A stretch of 64,000 bases of DNA from Candidatus Omnitrophota bacterium (GTDB lineage: Bacteria; Omnitrophota; Gorgyraeia; JABMRN01; RBG-13-46-9), in assembly GCA_020346285.1 (NCBI GenBank), contig CP070780.1, positions 1,113,021 to 1,177,020 on the forward strand. The letters are read 5' to 3'. This document shows positions 59,062 through 64,000 of the stretch, piece after piece. Each line of letters begins with the position of its first letter. The first letter of the stretch is position 1. Under the pieces are notes generated by a model. The model was not told the origin of the DNA. It made no database searches and saw only the letters and a list, made by a program, of their open reading frames with translations. A program made the position numbers and the translations under genes.

Positions 59062-60062
59062 ATAGAATTTTTATAATAGCGGAAGCGGGTATTAATCATA
59101 ACGGAAGCATTGTAAATGCAAAGAAAATGATAGATGGGGCGTCCGAGGCCGGCGTAGATGCAGTAAAATTTCAGACCTTTAAGGCGGAGAAGGAGATAAG
59201 TAAATATGCGCCCAAGGTTGAATACCAGAAAAGAACTACTGGCGCTGAAGAATCTCAGCTTGATATGGCTAAGAGATTTGAATTAAAGCAGAGCCAGTTT
59301 AAAGAGCTTTATAATTACTGTAAAGAGAAAAGAATTATTTTTTTATCCTCCCCATCCGATTTAGAGAGTATAGATTTTTTAATAGAACTTGAGCTCGATA
59401 CTTTAAAAATTCCTTCAGGAGAAATAACCAATCTGCCCTTTTTAAGGAAGATAGGAAGTTTAGGAAAGAAAGTTATAATGTCAACTGGGATGGCAGATTT
59501 AGAAGAGATAAAAGATGCTTTAGATATTTTAACCGAGGCAGGAACTCCCAAAAAAAATATAACTATTTTACATTGCAATACAGAGTATCCCACTTCTATG
59601 GAGGACGTAAATCTCTTAGCTATGCTTACAATTAGAGATACTTTTAAAGTAGAAGTTGGATATTCTGACCATACACTTGGAATAGAAGTTCCAATTGCAG
59701 CCGTGGCTTTGGGGGCAGCTATTATAGAAAAGCATTTTACACTCGATAGAAACATGGAAGGACCCGATCATAAAGCATCTTTAGAACTCGATGAACTAAA
59801 AGCTATGGTGAAGGCAATAAGAAATATAGAGAAAACTCTCGGCAATGGGATTAAAAAGCCTTCACCTTCAGAGATTAAAAACATAATACTAGTTCGTAAA
59901 AGCATAGTAGCAACAAGACCTATCAAAGAAGGAGAGATTTTTACAGTGAAAAACATTACAACTAAAAGACCGGCAACAGGAATAAGTCCAATGGAGTGGG
60001 ATAAACTACTTGGGACAACTGCCAAAAGAGATTTTAAGAAAGATGAGGTAGTGGAGTTATGA
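59058..60062 (+). CDS. neuB: N-acetylneuraminate/N,N'-diacetyllegionaminate synthase with SAF domain
   Basis: IIAEAGINHNG, VKFQTF, KIPSGEITN, HCNTEYP, GYSDHT, EKHFTLD, GPDHKAS, RKSIVA, KRP. Confidence 0.9.
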   Translation: MNRIFIIAEAGINHNGSIVNAKKMIDGASEAGVDAVKFQTFKAEKEISKYAPKVEYQKRTTGAEESQLDMAKRFELKQSQFKELYNYCKEKRIIFLSSPSDLESIDFLIELELDTLKIPSGEITNLPFLRKIGSLGKKVIMSTGMADLEEIKDALDILTEAGTPKKNITILHCNTEYPTSMEDVNLLAMLTIRDTFKVEVGYSDHTLGIEVPIAAVALGAAIIEKHFTLDRNMEGPDHKASLELDELKAMVKAIRNIEKTLGNGIKKPSPSEIKNIILVRKSIVATRPIKEGEIFTVKNITTKRPATGISPMEWDKLLGTTAKRDFKKDEVVEL

Positions 60063-61234
60063 AAAGAAAGGTTTGTATTGTTACAAGCTCAAGAGCAGAA
60101 TATGGTCTTTTAAGACCATTACTTGAAGAAATCGCAAATGATAAAAATTTAACTTTACAACTAATAGTTACCGGGATGCATTTATCACCTGAATTTGGAT
60201 TAACTTATAGAGAAATAGAAAAAGATGGTTTTGCCGTTGATGAAAAAATAGAAATTTTATTAAGTTCGGATACCCCCGCCAGTATTTCAAAATCTATGGG
60301 TCTGGCAATGATAAGTTTTTCCGAAGCTTATGGAAGGCTGAAATCAGATATTATTGTTGTACTCGGTGATAGATTCGAATTCCTTAGTGCGGTTGCAGCA
60401 GCTCTTATAAGCAGGATTCCTGTTGCCCATATTGCTGGTGGCGAAGTTACCGAGGCTGCTTTTGACGATTCTATCCGCCATTCTATAACCAAAATGAGTC
60501 ATTTGCATTTTACTATTATAGAAGATTATAGAAAAAGAGTTATTCAATTAGGAGAAGATCCCCAAAGGGTTTTTAATGTAGGTGCACTGGGAATAGATAA
60601 TATAAAAAAATTAAAGCTCTTTTCTAGAGAAGCTTTGGAAAAGGAGTTAAATTTTAAATTCAATAAACACAATTTGTTAGTTACTTTTCATCCTGTGACA
60701 TTGGAAAATAATACTTCCCCGCAGCAGTTCAAAGATTTACTTAGTGCATTAGAAAACCTGGAGGATACATTTATCATTTTTACTAAAGCAAATGCGGATC
60801 CAGGGGGAAGAATAATTAATAAAATGATCGATACCTATGTATCAAAAAATTGTAGTAAATCTGCGGCCTTTACTTCCTTGGGACATTTAAAATATTTATC
60901 AATACTGCAATTTGTCGATGCTGTAGTCGGGAATTCATCAAGTGGGATTGTAGAAGCTCCTAGCTTTAAGATGGGTACTATCAACATTGGTGGCAGACAG
61001 AAGGGAAGAGTAGAGCCTAAAAGTATAATTGATTGCCAACCCACAAAAGAATCAATTATCAAAGCCTTTGAAAAATTGTATTCTAAGGAATTTCAGAGAA
61101 GTCTCAAGAAGGTTGTCAATCCTTACGGCGATGGTAATGCTGCAAAAAGAATTAAAAATATACTAAAAAACTATGACATCAATAATATCTTAAAAAAGCC
61201 CTTCTTTGATATAGATTTTGGGTATAGGAGATAG
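60059..61234 (+). CDS. neuC: Hydrolysing NDP-N-acetylhexosamine 2-epimerase (NeuC/LegG)
   Basis: SRAEYGL, TGMHLSPEFG, LGDRFE, IRHSITKMSHLHF, TFHPVT, GNSSSG, NPYGDG. Confidence 0.9.
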   Translation: MKRKVCIVTSSRAEYGLLRPLLEEIANDKNLTLQLIVTGMHLSPEFGLTYREIEKDGFAVDEKIEILLSSDTPASISKSMGLAMISFSEAYGRLKSDIIVVLGDRFEFLSAVAAALISRIPVAHIAGGEVTEAAFDDSIRHSITKMSHLHFTIIEDYRKRVIQLGEDPQRVFNVGALGIDNIKKLKLFSREALEKELNFKFNKHNLLVTFHPVTLENNTSPQQFKDLLSALENLEDTFIIFTKANADPGGRIINKMIDTYVSKNCSKSAAFTSLGHLKYLSILQFVDAVVGNSSSGIVEAPSFKMGTINIGGRQKGRVEPKSIIDCQPTKESIIKAFEKLYSKEFQRSLKKVVNPYGDGNAAKRIKNILKNYDINNILKKPFFDIDFGYRR

Positions 61235-61255
61235 ACATGTTGCAGAAAATGAAAA

Positions 61256-62494
61256 ATGATAGATCGTTTAAAGAGGGTTTGTTTGAAAGAAATTGATATA
61301 GATTATAATGGGCTGTTTAGACACCTCGAAGATTTAAGGAAAGTTTTGCTTGTTACGACTGGCAGGACTGGCTCAGATTTTTTTCAAAGTCTTTTAGACG
61401 GTCATTCGGAAATTTTGCAGTTTACAGGTATGTGGAAGCATCATTGGTGGTGGAAGCAAGCGAAATGCAAAGAAAATTTACCAGACTTAATTAATGAATT
61501 TATCTGGTATACATGTAGTTTTACTTTTTGTAATCATATTGCAAAATTTAAGTCTTGCTATAATAAGCAGGAACGCTGGGGTCAACTGGGAGCTAATAAA
61601 AACGAATCTTTCGAAGTAGATATGGACACCTTTAAGAATCATATGTTGAACATCTTAACCGATAAGGAGTCGAATAGTAAAAATTTCTTTTTAGCAGTTA
61701 ATTTGGCTTACGGTCTTACTACAGGAGTTGACATTAAGAAAACAAAAATAATTTTTTATCACATTCACCATTTCGAGAGATTGAAAGATTTTAAGGAAGA
61801 TTTCCCAGATTTTGACATAATTTGCACAGTAAGAGAACCACGGAATACTTTGGTCTCAGGCATAGAGCATTGGAAAAAATATGATATTAACACATATAAT
61901 TCCAGGTTTTTCTATCAGCTTTTAAAGAGAATTTTTGAAGAGTCTGAACCAATACTGCAAGATACGGGAAACATCAAGACCTTAAAATTGGAAGACTTAC
62001 ATTTATTCTCTAAAGAAACGCTAAGTGAATTTTGTCAGATGTATAATTTGGAGCTTGAGAACTGCATGTTCGAATCTTCTTATCACGGCAAAAAATGGTG
62101 GGGTGATGTTTTATCCGGCAAATATTTAGATGGCTTTAACAAAGATATTAATGAGCGGAAATGGAGAGATAAATTATTTTTTTATGACAATCTTCTAATA
62201 GAATTTATTTTGGAAGATAGATTAAGACATTATGGATATTTTATTGAGAATAAAATATCAAGAATATATTTAATCCTCATTTGGTTTTTAGTCTTTTTGC
62301 CAATGAAATATGAATTAAAGATTTTGGCTTACAATTTCAGAAGTAATAGAACCGCAAACGCCAAACTTTTAGTATTATGCAAGGGCTGGGGGTTTTATAT
62401 ACTGAGAATTCTGCTATATTTTAAATTTATTTTGAAAAAAGTTACTAAAAAAATTTTCTTGGCAGATTTTTTTATTCAAGAAAAATATCGTTAA
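61256..62494 (+). CDS. Sulfotransferase-like protein
   Basis: TTGRTGSDFFQSLLDGHSEI, TVREPR..LVS, KLEDLH. Confidence 0.7.
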   Translation: MIDRLKRVCLKEIDIDYNGLFRHLEDLRKVLLVTTGRTGSDFFQSLLDGHSEILQFTGMWKHHWWWKQAKCKENLPDLINEFIWYTCSFTFCNHIAKFKSCYNKQERWGQLGANKNESFEVDMDTFKNHMLNILTDKESNSKNFFLAVNLAYGLTTGVDIKKTKIIFYHIHHFERLKDFKEDFPDFDIICTVREPRNTLVSGIEHWKKYDINTYNSRFFYQLLKRIFEESEPILQDTGNIKTLKLEDLHLFSKETLSEFCQMYNLELENCMFESSYHGKKWWGDVLSGKYLDGFNKDINERKWRDKLFFYDNLLIEFILEDRLRHYGYFIENKISRIYLILIWFLVFLPMKYELKILAYNFRSNRTANAKLLVLCKGWGFYILRILLYFKFILKKVTKKIFLADFFIQEKYR

Positions 62495-62530
62495 TAAAGA
62501 TAGGTTGACTAACTTTTAGAGAAGGTAGAT

Positions 62531-63316
62531 ATGAAAGCAATTATTATTGCTGCGGGAATGGGTTCGCGACTGGATCCTTTAACCAATGATGCGCCTAAAT
62601 GTATGTTAGAATTAAACGGCAAGACTTTACTCCAGCATCAGATTGAGGCATTGAGGGGTGCTGGCATAAATAGAATATCTGTAATTAAAGGATATAAAAA
62701 AGAGATGATAGACTATCCTGATTTGGTTTATTATTTCAATGACGATTATCAAGATAATAATATACTGCACTCCTTATTTTATGCAAAAGAAGAAATGAAT
62801 GATGAATTTATAGCCGCTTATTCAGATATCCTTTATAGTAGAGAGATAGTAGAGAGATTGCTTGATAGTAAAGAAGATATCTCAATAGTAGTCGACATAG
62901 ACTGGCGTGGATATTATGAAGGTAGAACAGATCATCCAATTGAAGAAGCAGAAAACGTCATTTTTGATGCTGATAATAATGTGGTTAAGATTGGTAAAAT
63001 TTTACCCGATAAAGATGCTGTTCACGGTGAATTCATTGGTATGATGAAGTGTTCAAAGAAAGGCGCGCTTATTTTTAGGAAATATTTTAACCAGCTAAAA
63101 AAGCGTTATGCCGGAAAGCCTTTTCAGAGGGCTTCTGTATTTAAAAGGGCATATTTGACCGATATTTTTCAGGATATGGCTGATTCCGGTATTAAAATCG
63201 GCTGTGTAATTATTGAAAGGGGCTGGATAGAGATAGATACTATTCAAGATTTTAAGAGGGCCGAAAAGGAATTTTCCAAGAAAGAAGAGGTATTTTTTAA
63301 AAATGAAAAACAATAA
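62531..63316 (+). CDS. LicC/PntC-like phosphocholine or phosphonate cytidylyltransferase family
   Basis: IIAAGMGSRL...PKCM, NNILHSL, YSDILY, GEFIGM, WIEIDT..D. Confidence 0.8.
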   Translation: MKAIIIAAGMGSRLDPLTNDAPKCMLELNGKTLLQHQIEALRGAGINRISVIKGYKKEMIDYPDLVYYFNDDYQDNNILHSLFYAKEEMNDEFIAAYSDILYSREIVERLLDSKEDISIVVDIDWRGYYEGRTDHPIEEAENVIFDADNNVVKIGKILPDKDAVHGEFIGMMKCSKKGALIFRKYFNQLKKRYAGKPFQRASVFKRAYLTDIFQDMADSGIKIGCVIIERGWIEIDTIQDFKRAEKEFSKKEEVFFKNEKQ

Positions 63317-64000
63317 GACATTTTGGAATATTTGGACATCATATGCCACATATTACTTTGGAAAAGTAAATTTAAGTATAGTTGTTCCTGCGCTATTGGC
63401 TACATATAAAGACTTGAATTTATATAGTGTTGGGCTGGTGTCGAGCGGATTTTTCTTTGCCTACGCACTGGGCCAGTTCTTGCACGGTCAAATTTCAGAG
63501 CGATACAATCCATTTGTGTATATTTCGTTGGGGCTTATTAGCTCAGCGATTATGAACCTGATCCTTGGGTTTTCTGCTGGTTTTTTCATAATATTATTTA
63601 TAGGAGAGACTCTTGATGGTTTTTTTCAATCAATGGGATGGTCATCTTGCGTAAGAGCAAATGCCTTGATACAAAAGGCTGAAGATAGGGAAAGGTCATC
63701 CACAGTATTGGGAACATCATATCAGGTAGGTAATTCTGTGGCTTGGTTGATATCTGCTTTTGCTGTGGGTCATTGGGGTTGGCAAGCAGGTTTCTGGGTG
63801 GCAAGCATTTTCCTGTTGGCAAGAGGGATATTGTTGTTATTGACAAAACCAAAGATAGAAATAGCGCCCCCTCAAAAAGTGAAAGCGCAAGTAAGAAATA
63901 CTTTATCCTTTCCGATTGTATTGAGCGGTGTATCATTATGCTTACTAAATATGGTCAGGTTCGGAGTTATTACATGGATACCGTTATATTTATTTCAGAA
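63303..64000 (+). CDS. MFS transporter, organophosphate:phosphate antiporter (GlpT/UhpT-like); 3'-truncated by the window edge and absent from the ORF track
   Basis: My translation: MKNNKTFWNIWTSYATYYFGKVNLS...AYALGQFLHGQISER...GFFQSMGWSSCV...SYQVGN...WGWQAGF...NMVRFGVITWIPLYL; frame open to the end. Confidence 0.8.
   Translation, partial: MKNNKTFWNIWTSYATYYFGKVNLSIVVPALLATYKDLNLYSVGLVSSGFFFAYALGQFLHGQISERYNPFVYISLGLISSAIMNLILGFSAGFFIILFIGETLDGFFQSMGWSSCVRANALIQKAEDRERSSTVLGTSYQVGNSVAWLISAFAVGHWGWQAGFWVASIFLLARGILLLLTKPKIEIAPPQKVKAQVRNTLSFPIVLSGVSLCLLNMVRFGVITWIPLYLFQ

Noticed and set aside
663-63936. Numerous short antisense or overlapping ORFs in the track (e.g. 10503-11168, 20649-21227, 63598-63936)
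   Set aside because: They shadow well-supported genes and carry no recognisable motifs
1-64000. Interpretation as an antibiotic or RiPP cluster because of the radical SAM/SPASM density
   Set aside because: No precursor peptide, PKS or NRPS; nonulosonate genes, glycosyltransferases and a flippase-type ABC exporter indicate a surface glycan

Overview
The whole window lies inside one very large bacterial surface-glycan (LPS O-antigen/capsule/glycoprotein glycan) biosynthesis locus of about 60 genes that runs off both ends. A four-gene minus-strand cassette (1603-5476) is followed by a near-consensus sigma70 promoter with a palindromic operator and a GbsR/MarR-type regulator, which head an unbroken run of more than 58 kb of tightly coupled plus-strand genes. 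The run encodes two nonulosonic-acid modules (a divergent NeuB/NeuA/PseG-like/WbqC/PIG-L set and a split legionaminic-acid set), four thiamine-diphosphate enzyme systems, two sulfotransferase-like proteins, an in-frame pyruvate kinase-ATP sulfurylase fusion, an ABC flippase-like exporter and several unclassified putative transferases. Across the window there are ten radical SAM enzymes (five cobalamin-binding, five SPASM-type) and six DegT-type aminotransferases. The intergenic DNA records the history of the locus: an in-frame neuB'/'neuC deletion scar, an SDR C-terminal remnant, three copies of one gene start that bracket an apparently inserted 13.5-kb block, two palindromic insertions and a probable ATT start codon. 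I saw no rRNA, tRNA, CRISPR array or transposase. All product calls come from reading motifs by eye, with no database searches.
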